64,000 nt of DNA from IMG/VR virus record IMGVR_UViG_3300024259_001623; one strand, 5' to 3'. Positions 1-10,045 of this stretch are shown one piece after another. Within the stretch, counting starts at the first letter, position 1. Every line of letters begins with the position of its first letter. Both the position numbers and the translations under genes were made by a program. The notes under the pieces were generated by a model. The model did no database searches. It saw nothing but the letters and a program-made list of their open reading frames with translations, and was not told the origin of the DNA. The stretch is from a virus (lineage: Duplodnaviria; Caudoviricetes).

Positions 1-405
1 TAATATCTTATCTCCTGCAAAATTATGATAAGTTTTAAGGTTATACAGATAAATCTTCATCATCTGCTTATCCAATCTTGCAGCACGAACATAGGACTCT
101 CTATAACTTCTTAATAAAAAAACCATCTTAGAAAAAACTTGACGCCCCTTTTCATCATAAAAATTACATCCCTCATAATATAGTTTTTTTGTAAATTTCA
201 AATGTTCTTTATACAAATGTTTATCAAAACGATCAACATTGTGAGTTCTCTGTATAATAGGTTCTCCATATTTTACTAAACGAGATTTACCTGGAGTTCT
301 CTGCCCAGAAAATAATTCTATGCAATATCTAACCCAATTAAGACCAGAATTTGGGAAAGACACAAAAACTACTCTATCATCATACATGTCGCTCAGATCA
401 TTCAT
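1..405 (-). CDS. Partial sulfotransferase-like protein (runs off window start)
   Basis: Manual translation from ATG 405 (ATGA overlap with the stop of 402..950) is open to position 1: MNDLSDMYDDRVVFVSFPNSGLNWVRYCIE...MVFLLRSYRES. SFPxSGxNW resembles the 5'-phosphosulfate loop and LLR the 3'-phosphate motif. Absent from the ORF track. Confidence 0.5.
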   Translation of the reverse strand, partial: MNDLSDMYDDRVVFVSFPNSGLNWVRYCIELFSGQRTPGKSRLVKYGEPIIQRTHNVDRFDKHLYKEHLKFTKKLYYEGCNFYDEKGRQVFSKMVFLLRSYRESYVRAARLDKQMMKIYLYNLKTYHNFAGDKIL

Positions 406-950
406 ATTTTCTTAAATTGTTGTTCCAATAGCAAATCTACAAAATCTTTAATAGTTTTATATGCCCTGCCTTGAGGAGACATATCATACTTAGGGACCGC
501 CTTGTCTTTAATCCAAGCTCTCAAATCAGTTCCGAACTCTGTCGATCTAGCAAACCAATCACAAACCATTTCAGCTATATATATTTTAGGCATATTATTG
601 ATACCGCCCCAACATTCAGGATGATGCTCATTAGTATCAACATGTTGATGCAGAGACTCTTTAAGTTTTTCATTATCATCATCGGGGATAAGGCTTTTCC
701 ACTCAACTCCGCTGAATTTGGAATGATCATGCAGATAACTGTTCGCTATTAGCTTTCTGCCGTTAAATTCATCTCCATTCCCCCTTTCTATCAACCTCTT
801 GCCTAAAATCTCACACGCGTCGATTACGAGCTTTTTGTGCCTTATTATAGCCTCTAACTGTTTGTACTTTTTAAGTTCTTCTGATATAGGAGCTATATCT
901 TCAGATTTGTCAGATTTTTGGCTTTTAGCATTTTTCTCTTTATCGCTCAT
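402..950 (-). CDS. DUF5662-like HD-type putative phosphohydrolase
   Basis: HDHSK...HQHVDTNEHHPECW...MPKIYIAEMVCDW motif set; paralog at 28078..28533. Confidence 0.6.
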   Translation of the reverse strand: MSDKEKNAKSQKSDKSEDIAPISEELKKYKQLEAIIRHKKLVIDACEILGKRLIERGNGDEFNGRKLIANSYLHDHSKFSGVEWKSLIPDDDNEKLKESLHQHVDTNEHHPECWGGINNMPKIYIAEMVCDWFARSTEFGTDLRAWIKDKAVPKYDMSPQGRAYKTIKDFVDLLLEQQFKKI

Positions 951-1091
951 TTATTTTATCCTTAAAAGAACAATGAAAAATTTATTTTAAAATAAATCAT
1001 TCTATCAAGATTATAAGATACCTTGTCTAAAAATGAAATATATTTAAAATAAATTTTTCATTACATTTTCCTTTTATAATGTTTTATACCA

Positions 1092-1517
1092 TTATAAAAT
1101 GATCGTTTGCCCATCACCTTGAGCAGCCTGTTCTATTGCTGCTAAGTCTTGTTGTGTCGCTGGCATGATCTTTCCTTTATTTTCTTCCATCATTCTCCTC
1201 ATAGCTTCTTTTTGTTCGTTAATAAATTTATTAACAGACATCTCTGCATATTTATAAAATAATTCAAAAGCTTCCTCTAAAGTATTGGCTTCAGCAATCT
1301 CAAATTCTATCTCTACATTGTGCCCAGATTGCATAACTATATTAGTAGCCCCAATATATAAATCCTTTTTGGTGTTAAAATTAATTTGTGATTCATCAAT
1401 CTTCCCGGCAAGCTGGGGATTAGGAATATAATCAACTTCAACAAATGTGCTTCTAACTTCTATTCTTCTGCCTGCATCTCCCAAAAATGTTTTTATCTCT
1501 CTAATCGGCTCTTTCAT
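1092..1517 (-). CDS. Hypothetical protein
   Basis: 141-aa ORF packed in the minus-strand operon. Confidence 0.7.
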   Translation of the reverse strand: MKEPIREIKTFLGDAGRRIEVRSTFVEVDYIPNPQLAGKIDESQINFNTKKDLYIGATNIVMQSGHNVEIEFEIAEANTLEEAFELFYKYAEMSVNKFINEQKEAMRRMMEENKGKIMPATQQDLAAIEQAAQGDGQTIIL

Positions 1518-1518
1518 T

Positions 1519-2100
1519 TTAATCTTCCTTTATTTCTAAAAAAATATATCTCTTTGTTTTTATACTTTCTTTCAATGCCTCAGCTTTCGCTGCCTCTCTC
1601 GCTTTTTCTTTAGCCGCTTTTTCCTTAGCTTTGATTTTTTTCATTTTATCTTTGGCAATATTTTTCATAAGTTTATCTTGTTTGGCTTGCACTTTAGCTT
1701 CTTTCATTTTGGCGTCAGCTTCTTTGTCTTTTTGCTCTTTATCTTTTTTATTCATTTTATTATAGGACATAACAACTCCTGTTTTAAAATCAGAAGATAC
1801 AGTAGATACTGCTACCTCTGTTTTAAAATCAACAGTATTCGAAACAGCAATCCTAAATACATCAGATTTTATTTTTACAACTTTTTTCTCAACATGAGAA
1901 ACGTCTATATACAAATATATAGTATCATCTTGAAAAAAATCGATATAATCCTCTAATTTGTCATAACAAAAAGTCATATCTGTTATTCTTAAAGGGATTC
2001 CGCATGTCTTATCGATCCCAGAAATATGACTAGTCATATTTGACGTTATATCTATCTCTTTCCCATCTCTATATAATGTTACTTTTTCCATACGACTCAC
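1519..2100 (-). CDS. Hypothetical protein with Lys/Ala-rich coiled coil
   Basis: 193 aa; C-terminus IKTKRYIFLEI resembles that of 2106..2480. Confidence 0.7.
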   Translation of the reverse strand: MSRMEKVTLYRDGKEIDITSNMTSHISGIDKTCGIPLRITDMTFCYDKLEDYIDFFQDDTIYLYIDVSHVEKKVVKIKSDVFRIAVSNTVDFKTEVAVSTVSSDFKTGVVMSYNKMNKKDKEQKDKEADAKMKEAKVQAKQDKLMKNIAKDKMKKIKAKEKAAKEKAREAAKAEALKESIKTKRYIFLEIKED

Positions 2101-2105
2101 AATTT

Positions 2106-2480
2106 TTATATATCCAAAAATATATACTTCTTGAGTTTGATATTATCTTCTTTTTCTATTTTATTTGTTTTATCTTTTCCCAAAACTCGATGAGTTTTCA
2201 TTGTTATCTCATGATACATATTTTGATCATCAGAAACATTATAAGTATATCCTGAGACAAGTGCTTTTATTTTTTTACCAGAAAGATAGATATATACCGA
2301 ATCTCCCATCAAACGATTAGCAACATCCGTAATATCAGCAAAACTAACAATAAACGTTATGTTAAACACTTCAACTTCGGCCCCAAATGCATCAAATACT
2401 AAACAATCATAAGATAATATATTACTAGAAACTAATTCTTCTTTTTCTCCATAATTTAATCTTGTTATCTTCTCTACCAT
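2106..2480 (-). CDS. Hypothetical protein, probable diverged paralog of 1519..2100
   Basis: 124 aa; DSVYIY and IKLKKYIFLDI match DTIYLY and IKTKRYIFLEI. Confidence 0.65.
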   Translation of the reverse strand: MVEKITRLNYGEKEELVSSNILSYDCLVFDAFGAEVEVFNITFIVSFADITDVANRLMGDSVYIYLSGKKIKALVSGYTYNVSDDQNMYHEITMKTHRVLGKDKTNKIEKEDNIKLKKYIFLDI

Positions 2481-2568
2481 ATTGTGATAATATCCCCAAA
2501 GTGTTCCACAAAATAGAAAAAGAGGTCAACGTATTGATTATTACGCTGTGATCCTCTAGAAATGCAAA

Positions 2569-2657
2569 CGGAACGAGAAGGATTCGAACCTTCGGGACGA
2601 TTTGCACCGCCCACGGGTTTAGCAAACCCGCGCATTAAGCCACTCTGCCATCGCTCC
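2569..2657 (-). tRNA. tRNA-Ser(GCT), long variable arm, no encoded CCA
   Basis: GGAGCGA acceptor, GGCAGAGTGG D region, anticodon loop TT-GCT-AA within a GGGT/ACCC stem, GGTTCGAATCC T-arm, discriminator G. Confidence 0.93.
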
Positions 2658-2703
2658 TTCTAATACATTATAGTTATACTATCGCCAAAAAGCTATTATA
2701 TTC

Positions 2704-3588
2704 TTATTTTTTTATTTTTCTATTTATATCCCATAAATCAGGCAGAAATTTAGGCTTCATGTGTTTGACAAAATGCTTTCGCCACTTAATAATAAACTCA
2801 TCCAAATCGTCAATATTGTCAATAACATACTTATATTTATCTTTATCTTTTTTTTCTTCTTCATTTAGAAAATCATTAATCAATTGGTCTTTCAAACTAG
2901 TTGCTTTTGATTCGTACTGCTCATGATGTTTTTGACACACTAAAACAATATCATGGTCCGAATGAGTTTTGATTTCATCAGAAAGATATCTTCTAAAACA
3001 GGTTGGCATAACATGATGCTTTGTCAAATTTCTTTTATATCCACAGACCACGCAAATATCTTTTCTTTCTTTCAGATAGAACTCATCTCCGCTATGTCCT
3101 CTTCCTTTAGGCTCAAAATTCAACTTGATAGTCATAGGGTCTTTAGATACCAAAGTAGCCAAATCTCTCTCTAAATACCACTCTATTTTATTCTTGCTAA
3201 TACGACACATTGGTTCTCCGTCTGGAGCAACCATTAGCCCATTTGTATATATATCTTTCTCATCTTCTCCATGAGCTAGAACATCACATAAATGTATTGC
3301 ACTATCCCAACCTTCTTCTGAATAGATAAACGCTCCTATCAGTCCATCAGAATTATTGCTAAGATTTAAATCAAATATGTTTTTCTTTTTTATATTGCCT
3401 TTTTCGACTCTATAAACTAAGATTTTTTTGATAATATCTTTACTATTTATAGATAGTAAAATATCCATAGCAACATAGTTTTTATTCTTATGAATCCTAT
3501 TGATTTTTTTCTTTCTACACTTTAAAGAAAAAACATTTTTTACCGCTTCGTCTAACTGACTTTTTATACTTTTTATATATTCTTCCAT
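2704..3588 (-). CDS. HNH endonuclease-like protein (EXD2 C-terminal-like domain)
   Basis: APDGEPMC...IEWYL...KLNFEPKGRG...CVVCG...LTKHHVMP...DHDIVLVCQKHH. The likely start is ATG 3588 (MEEYIK); the longer track ORF overlaps the upstream gene. Confidence 0.7.
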   Translation of the reverse strand: MEEYIKSIKSQLDEAVKNVFSLKCRKKKINRIHKNKNYVAMDILLSINSKDIIKKILVYRVEKGNIKKKNIFDLNLSNNSDGLIGAFIYSEEGWDSAIHLCDVLAHGEDEKDIYTNGLMVAPDGEPMCRISKNKIEWYLERDLATLVSKDPMTIKLNFEPKGRGHSGDEFYLKERKDICVVCGYKRNLTKHHVMPTCFRRYLSDEIKTHSDHDIVLVCQKHHEQYESKATSLKDQLINDFLNEEEKKDKDKYKYVIDNIDDLDEFIIKWRKHFVKHMKPKFLPDLWDINRKIKK

Positions 3589-3589
3589 A

Positions 3590-4399
3590 TTAGTCCTTAT
3601 AAGGATTATAATTAAAAATTCTCTCAGAGTAATCCTCAACTCTTTTATCGGATCTTGCCCAACGACGAACATTAAATGCCACATGGGGCTTAGAGTTCCA
3701 TCTCCCCATAACGTCCATTTTTCTTCCAGAACCAGAAAGGGATTGCCCATCAAAAGAAGAGCCAGATCCATGATGAGAAACAAAATCGATATATTTATCT
3801 TTGTTCTTAAAACCTAAATCATTTGCTATTTTATCTCGATATGATCTATCTAAAAACCACTGATTATATTTGATTAATATAATATTCTTATCAATTTTAT
3901 TTAGGAAAAAGTTTTCTGCGTAATTAAACCATAGTTTTTTTTGATTCTCGACATGACGCATATATTTTTGGTACAAAACCCTATCTGTTCTTTCTGTATT
4001 ATTATTATATCTTTTTTCTTTTTTTCTAATTTTTTTATATTCTTCGAACTGTTGATAAACACTAGCGAACCAGTTAAAAGGATCTCTTAGGATTATAACA
4101 ACTTTATTATTGCATTCTTGATTATCATAAATAAATTTAGTATCTTTATTTATATCCCAAGATTCATGTATTAATAATTGGATTTTACTTTCATCTGGCA
4201 TCGGTTGTATTTTTATTTCAGGTATATTATTAACCAAAATATTTTTATCAAGATATTCTTGTGAATCTTTATAATAATTTATATTAGATACAATCCAATA
4301 TGATATAGCATGTATACCAGTTCGCATTATGCCATAGAAGTATATTCTCTTAACAAAATCGCCTTTGTAACTAATATTTATTGAATGTTTTCTTTTCAT
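3590..4399 (-). CDS. Sulfotransferase-family protein
   Basis: YGIMRTGIHAI (PSB-like loop), ILRDPFNWFAS (3'-PB motif), KYNQWF, GSGSSFD. Confidence 0.6.
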   Translation of the reverse strand: MKRKHSINISYKGDFVKRIYFYGIMRTGIHAISYWIVSNINYYKDSQEYLDKNILVNNIPEIKIQPMPDESKIQLLIHESWDINKDTKFIYDNQECNNKVVIILRDPFNWFASVYQQFEEYKKIRKKEKRYNNNTERTDRVLYQKYMRHVENQKKLWFNYAENFFLNKIDKNIILIKYNQWFLDRSYRDKIANDLGFKNKDKYIDFVSHHGSGSSFDGQSLSGSGRKMDVMGRWNSKPHVAFNVRRWARSDKRVEDYSERIFNYNPYKD

Positions 4400-5109
4400 A
4401 GTGGATTATAATTAAAAATTTTCTCTGAGTATCTTATAACTTTTTTGTTTGCTTTAGCCCAAGCACGAACTTTAGATTCTATATACTTATCTCTGTTCCA
4501 TCTATTGACCACATCCATTTTATTACCTCTTCCCAGATATTTTCTTTTATCAAAAGAAGAGCCAGATGCGTCTTTCGGCACAAAATTTATATAATTATCC
4601 TTGTTTACAAAGCCTATTTTAGCTGCTATTTTATTCCTATATCTTTTATCTAAAAACCATTTATTGTATTTCACCAAAATAACATCTTTTTTTTCACACT
4701 CGTCAAGGAAAAAATTTTCTGCATATTTAATCCACATGCTTTTCCTTATTCCAATGTTCCTCTCAAATTTTTTGCAAAAACTGGCAAACCAGTTAAAAGG
4801 ATCTCTTAACATTATAACAATTTTATTCTTACATCTTTCTTGACTTGGATTATAAATAAGTTGACTTTGTTTATTTATGTCCCAAGATTCATGAATCAAT
4901 AGCTGAACTTTTCCTTCATCAGGTTTTGGTTGATTTTTTTTCACACGAATGTCATTAATCAGAATCTTTTTATCAACATATGCTTGTGAATCTTCGTAAT
5001 AATTCATATTAGAAACAATCCAATATGATATAGCATGTATACCAGATCGTCTTATACCATAGAAATATATCCTATTAAAAGAATTGTCTTTATAACTAAT
5101 ATTTATCAT
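4396..5109 (-). CDS. Sulfotransferase-family protein, tandem paralog of 3590..4399
   Basis: YGIRRSGIHAISYWIVSN, MLRDPFNWFAS, SGSSFD; alignable end to end with its neighbour. Confidence 0.6.
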   Translation of the reverse strand: MINISYKDNSFNRIYFYGIRRSGIHAISYWIVSNMNYYEDSQAYVDKKILINDIRVKKNQPKPDEGKVQLLIHESWDINKQSQLIYNPSQERCKNKIVIMLRDPFNWFASFCKKFERNIGIRKSMWIKYAENFFLDECEKKDVILVKYNKWFLDKRYRNKIAAKIGFVNKDNYINFVPKDASGSSFDKRKYLGRGNKMDVVNRWNRDKYIESKVRAWAKANKKVIRYSEKIFNYNPL

Positions 5110-5909
5110 ATACTTATATTCTTTTTAAAATTGACATTAACAATCGCTTTTCCCCAATGCCTATTCAAATTAGCTACAAAACCATTAGACCTAATATATC
5201 TTAATAATTTTTTGTTTGTGTGTCTGGCAAGGAAACTTGGATTTTTATAATTTTTATCTATATCATAATTCTCAAATCTTATTTTATGATTATGGCATAT
5301 AGAAGACAAAAATGATGAATAAATAGGCTTCTTTTTACAACCACTCATTGCCAATCTTCTTATAAAATCGTGATCATCATTTCCCCAAACACCGCATATT
5401 TCATTATATCCTTTTACACAATAAAAATCTTCTTTCCTAACAACAATTCTGCCTTTGACTCCACCGATCAAATCTTTTTTGTTTTTGATAAATGAATCCA
5501 TAATACACAAAACTATTCTGGATTTATTATTAAAAACTTTATTGACATAATCTACAAAACTACTGTATACAAAATTATCAGCATCTAAATTACACAGGAT
5601 ATCTCCAGTTGCTAATTTATGAGCTACATTTTTAGCGTGAGCCATTTTAAAATATTCAGGTTCAGTTGTCTTGCAATATCGCAAAATGCCTGTAGATATA
5701 AAATCTCTAAAATTGTCATATATCCAGCGATCTAATCCGTCTTTGCTATTATAATCTAATAATACAAATTCTACATTCTTATGAGATATGCTATTATTGA
5801 TATTCTTTAATAAAGTTTTTTCTAAATGATTTTTTCTTCCCATGCAGGTAATGCAAAAAGATATCTTATATTTTTTCTTCTTCTTTTTCTTTTTACTTAT
5901 TTCAATCAT
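5106..5909 (-). CDS. Glycosyltransferase family 2 (GT-A fold)
   Basis: ISFCITCMGR, VLLDYNSKDG, AHAKNVA, NLDAD (DxD), GYNE..GVWGNDDHDF. Confidence 0.85.
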   Translation of the reverse strand: MIEISKKKKKKKKYKISFCITCMGRKNHLEKTLLKNINNSISHKNVEFVLLDYNSKDGLDRWIYDNFRDFISTGILRYCKTTEPEYFKMAHAKNVAHKLATGDILCNLDADNFVYSSFVDYVNKVFNNKSRIVLCIMDSFIKNKKDLIGGVKGRIVVRKEDFYCVKGYNEICGVWGNDDHDFIRRLAMSGCKKKPIYSSFLSSICHNHKIRFENYDIDKNYKNPSFLARHTNKKLLRYIRSNGFVANLNRHWGKAIVNVNFKKNISI

Positions 5910-6286
5910 GACAAAATATCTATTTCCTCAACATCAACGGAAAATCTATCAGCAATTGCTTCAGAAATGTTTTTTCTATGACACTTATTATAATCTTTAC
6001 ATGAACAAAACAAAATTATATTTTTATCCATTATAGATCCCAGTTGCTCTAATCCAGAATTTATATTATAGATTTTTATATCCTTACTCTTATAATTTAC
6101 ATTACCAAGTTCTTTTATATGTATATATCTTTCTCCAAAAATACTAGATAAATAATCTTTATTCCAAAAAACTCTCATTTTAGAATATGGTTGATATCTT
6201 ATATCGACAACTACAGCATCACTACTCTCAGAAAATGTTTTTAGATCAGAGAGAGTTATATTCATATATCCAACAGAATATATCAT
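5906..6286 (-). CDS. DUF488 family protein
   Basis: IYSVGY...VVVDIRYQPYS...ELGN...LFCSCKDYNKCHR. Confidence 0.75.
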   Translation of the reverse strand: MIYSVGYMNITLSDLKTFSESSDAVVVDIRYQPYSKMRVFWNKDYLSSIFGERYIHIKELGNVNYKSKDIKIYNINSGLEQLGSIMDKNIILFCSCKDYNKCHRKNISEAIADRFSVDVEEIDILS

Positions 6287-7923
6287 TTTTTATCTTCCTG
6301 AGACAATACTTTTAAGATATTTTCACAAATACTCTCATAGTTGAAATATTTATTATATACTATTTTAATTTTGTCTTGCATTCTTTGTATATCTTCTTTG
6401 CTATATTTTTTAATCACATTCTCTAAATTACCTATATCTTTCAAATTCAACGACACAATAATGTCATTCCAATTTATCTCATCTTTATATGGCAACCATT
6501 CTTTATCAGTCCACAGATACACAGGAATAGATCCCATACTTAAAGCCTCATACATACGAAAAGAAGTTCTACCATGTCCTCTAGGGCATAATGAGAAAAT
6601 AGATCTAGACATAATATCTTCCCAACTATCCCCTATATGATATGAAGCTTTGCTGTTTTTTACCTTATTGAGTATATCCCTTTTTTCTCCAATCTCATCC
6701 CTACTAGCGAATGATACCAAAATATCTTTATTTGGATTATTAGAAAATTGTCTATCTCCTTTTAACAAAGGAATTGGGATATTCCCCTTACCGCCAGCCG
6801 CAAAAGTAAGCAAATTACTAGGAACATTATCTCTTATGCCGCTATCCAACTGGACTACGGTAAAATATTTGTTCTCAGGATTTAGTCTATTTAAAACAGA
6901 CTGTCTCTTTCGCTTGATCCTTCTGCTTCCACCATACTTGACAAATAAATCAGTCCAAAATACTGGAACATAAATTCTATCAGTTTTAGATTCGTCTTTA
7001 TGAGATCGCCAATATTTATAGAAATAATCCTCGATCCAGGGGCCTTTATGGCCAGAATATTCAAACGGGACTTTTTGCCTCAAGATTTCCCGAGTATTGA
7101 GAATCTTATTCGTATTGATGATTTCTTCATCTGAAAACCAATGTCCAAAATCAACCATTTTCGCTAATTTTTTCGCATATCCCAAAGTATAATTGTAATG
7201 TACTATATAACAACTATTTTTGATTTGCTCATGTCTTGAATACCAAAATTTCCCATTAGGGAATAATTCTACTGGTAGGCATGTCCATGCAAGACCTTCT
7301 TTATTGTTCCATATTCTGACATTAACCAATTCTTGATCACATATGAAATCATGAATGTCTTTTTTATCCATATCAAAAAGATCTAAGCTTTTTTCGGTTG
7401 GTTTTACAAAAAAGAATCCTGAACATAACGTATAAGGGAATCGAAACTCATTTATTTTTCTAGCCTTTTTCCTTTTGGAGAATTCTTTCTGTATGATTAT
7501 GTCGTTTTCTTTTATATACTCCTTTAGATAAGAGATAGGATCTATATTGAAAACTATATCAGAATCAGAAAATAATACATGATACCCCTTTTTAAGTAAA
7601 CTACGAACGATCTCTAATTTTTGATAAACTAAACCAGACCAACCTTCCCTTCTAAATTTTATAAAGTCTTCGTCAGCTTTGAATCTTTTACTTTTCCACC
7701 TGACACAATTGATATTCAATTCTTTTAGCTTTGTATAGGATCTATCATCAGTGCAGTAAACACATGTTATAGATTCTAAGTTCACTCGTCTAATAGACTC
7801 GAACCAATTAATAGTAAAATCTAAATACCCACTATTGCATACAGTGATTATTTTCACTTTATCAATAGGTTCATTAACTTTAACTTTCGTTTTTTCTTTA
7901 CTTTTTATTTTTATTTCTTTCAT
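6283..7923 (-). CDS. Two-domain glycosyltransferase: nucleotide-diphospho-sugar transferase (GT77-like) plus exostosin (GT47-like)
   Basis: N-terminal LFSDSDIVF, CSGFFF, DQELVN, FPNG, VHYNY; C-terminal SIFSLCPRGHGRTSFRMYEALSMGSIPV. Confidence 0.8.
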   Translation of the reverse strand: MKEIKIKSKEKTKVKVNEPIDKVKIITVCNSGYLDFTINWFESIRRVNLESITCVYCTDDRSYTKLKELNINCVRWKSKRFKADEDFIKFRREGWSGLVYQKLEIVRSLLKKGYHVLFSDSDIVFNIDPISYLKEYIKENDIIIQKEFSKRKKARKINEFRFPYTLCSGFFFVKPTEKSLDLFDMDKKDIHDFICDQELVNVRIWNNKEGLAWTCLPVELFPNGKFWYSRHEQIKNSCYIVHYNYTLGYAKKLAKMVDFGHWFSDEEIINTNKILNTREILRQKVPFEYSGHKGPWIEDYFYKYWRSHKDESKTDRIYVPVFWTDLFVKYGGSRRIKRKRQSVLNRLNPENKYFTVVQLDSGIRDNVPSNLLTFAAGGKGNIPIPLLKGDRQFSNNPNKDILVSFASRDEIGEKRDILNKVKNSKASYHIGDSWEDIMSRSIFSLCPRGHGRTSFRMYEALSMGSIPVYLWTDKEWLPYKDEINWNDIIVSLNLKDIGNLENVIKKYSKEDIQRMQDKIKIVYNKYFNYESICENILKVLSQEDKK

Positions 7924-7925
7924 AA

Positions 7926-8810
7926 TTATTTCTTATCTATCAAAACCCATTCTTTAATATTAATATCTTCTGTTTTTGTCCCAATCTTATCAGAATACCA
8001 TTTCCTAGGACTCATAACCTTTCCTTTATTTTTATGGTGATTCATATATCCAGCCCACCAAGAAAAAGTAGAATCACATAATATCTTATCTTCACAACGA
8101 TTCAACATATACATGTCTTCATAATCTGGTCTATTCTCAGAAAAAACTACTTCTCTGTCTCCGTAGTTTATCCTTGAAAATATCTCTTTCGCCAAGGTTA
8201 TATTATCAGAAAAAACTATCACCTTTTCACATTCCGTGATCTTGAACGCCTTATTGTAATAATTATCGCTGCATAATCCCCCCCTTCTTCTCAACAATCT
8301 TTTATTTTTAAGAATATCTCCCAATCTTAAATGAACTCCCACACATCTTTTGTTTTGAAATATCTTATCCTTTATAATATCTAAAACATATGATCCTCTA
8401 AATTTAAACCAAGAGCAAGATCTTTTAGAATAATATTTATATGACTGAAATGTGCCAGAATACATGGCATTATCGAGAATATTAGGAAAGTCTAAACCTA
8501 TATGATATTGACCATAAGGTTTACCAAAATCAGATTCAGTAATGTTTCTTTTAAGATCAGTCTCAGCCAATCCGGCGACATACTTAATTCTATTATCTCT
8601 CAATACGAAAATATCATCCAGACCATGATAATATTTCGTTCTCATATTTTTCTTATTGTAATAGAAATTAGGAATGCTGAATCTAGTATTCAACTTTTCT
8701 GACATAGACCGCATATATGCGTATTGATGCATCCAGTTGCCTAATCTACCTGAGAAATATTTTAATGCAATATAATTATTCACTCTTAGAAGTTCCTTTA
8801 TGGAACCCAT
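7926..8810 (-). CDS. Alpha-1,2-fucosyltransferase family (GT11)
   Basis: GRLGNWMHQY, GTFQSYKY, VGVHLRLGD, VFSDN, DSTFSWWAGY. Confidence 0.88.
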   Translation of the reverse strand: MGSIKELLRVNNYIALKYFSGRLGNWMHQYAYMRSMSEKLNTRFSIPNFYYNKKNMRTKYYHGLDDIFVLRDNRIKYVAGLAETDLKRNITESDFGKPYGQYHIGLDFPNILDNAMYSGTFQSYKYYSKRSCSWFKFRGSYVLDIIKDKIFQNKRCVGVHLRLGDILKNKRLLRRRGGLCSDNYYNKAFKITECEKVIVFSDNITLAKEIFSRINYGDREVVFSENRPDYEDMYMLNRCEDKILCDSTFSWWAGYMNHHKNKGKVMSPRKWYSDKIGTKTEDINIKEWVLIDKK

Positions 8811-8967
8811 GATCGTGAGCTACTTGAAAAATATTACATAATGGATATTTCAAAATTGTCTTGTTGTCAGCCAACTCGACACACAATAATCCGCCTTTAG
8901 TATAAACAGCACACGCATCTACAATTTTTGGGGTAGAGCTAGTATGAAATAAAATTTCTACTTCCAT
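8776..8967 (-). CDS. Small hypothetical protein
   Basis: 63 aa with GGAGG RBS; fills the operon gap. Confidence 0.5.
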   Translation of the reverse strand: MEVEILFHTSSTPKIVDACAVYTKGGLLCVELADNKTILKYPLCNIFQVAHDHGFHKGTSKSE

Positions 8968-8980
8968 TATTCATCCTCCG

Positions 8981-10045
8981 TTATTTACCATATATAAATC
9001 TAACTGGAATTTCTTCTATACCTAATTTTCTAGCTATTGATAATCTGTGATGACCATCCCATAGCCTAGATTTTCTATTTGTTCTTATCTTAAAAACAGC
9101 AGGATTCTCTTTAGACCAACCATTATCATCCATGTCGTCATATAAAAGATCCCACTTCACTGTTCCACTATAATATTCGCCGGGAAAATGTTTCTTAAAA
9201 GTCTTTTTCTTTCTGGAATCGTATTCTGGTCTTACGCCACCTGGTCTAGAATTTTTTCTACTCTTGGTTTGTATTCTATGAACCCATAGTTCATCTATAG
9301 GAATCATATAAATTTGATCTGTTTCTACTAATCTTTCGCCCTTTTTAATGTAATCTGAAACAGCGTTATTTATAAGATTTTTTGATCTTTTATTAACTAT
9401 ATATTCACTATTCTTGAAGATTTTCTTAATATTTGTATCTATTCTACTACTCATCATTTTTCTGCCTTCTACTTTAGGAAGATAATTATGCTCCTGAACT
9501 AAATGCAAATGATATATTTTTAACTCTTCATAACAATTATATAATTCATATCCTCTCTTCCATATGATATGATTTAATCTTTGATCACAAGCAAGAGAAC
9601 CAACTACAAAATTCACACAATCAAGACCGACAGGAGACTTAAAAAACCATGCGTCAATACCTCCACCACGTTTTTTAGGTTTATAAAACGACCCATCCTC
9701 TCTTACATTATACCTGCATGGAGTCAAAAAAGCACTTGTTAAATCCAGTTTGTCAATGAAATTTAAAGAATCATCAAAATATATATCTGAATTAGAGACT
9801 ATACATATCTCTCCTTTATAGTCATTAGAAATTATAAACATATCGCCAAATGTAGATCTTGAGCTTTTTGCTATTACACTGACTTTATTATGACACAACT
9901 CTACAGGGAGACTTGTCTCTGCTAACAAAACTATTTTGTCTATATTCTTGTTGAGAATATTCTGTTTAAGACAAAAATCTATTTCTTTTTGTCTTTCTTT
10001 AGTTTTGCATTTATAATACTGAGTAATTAAAATTATTTTTTCCAT
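8981..10045 (-). CDS. Glycosyltransferase-like N-terminus fused to a ParB/sulfiredoxin-like C-terminal domain
   Basis: IVSNSDIYFD, GIDAWFF, CDQRL, KIYHLH in the N half; LWDGHHRLSIARKLGIEEIPV in the C half. Confidence 0.6.
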   Translation of the reverse strand: MEKIILITQYYKCKTKERQKEIDFCLKQNILNKNIDKIVLLAETSLPVELCHNKVSVIAKSSRSTFGDMFIISNDYKGEICIVSNSDIYFDDSLNFIDKLDLTSAFLTPCRYNVREDGSFYKPKKRGGGIDAWFFKSPVGLDCVNFVVGSLACDQRLNHIIWKRGYELYNCYEELKIYHLHLVQEHNYLPKVEGRKMMSSRIDTNIKKIFKNSEYIVNKRSKNLINNAVSDYIKKGERLVETDQIYMIPIDELWVHRIQTKSRKNSRPGGVRPEYDSRKKKTFKKHFPGEYYSGTVKWDLLYDDMDDNGWSKENPAVFKIRTNRKSRLWDGHHRLSIARKLGIEEIPVRFIYGK

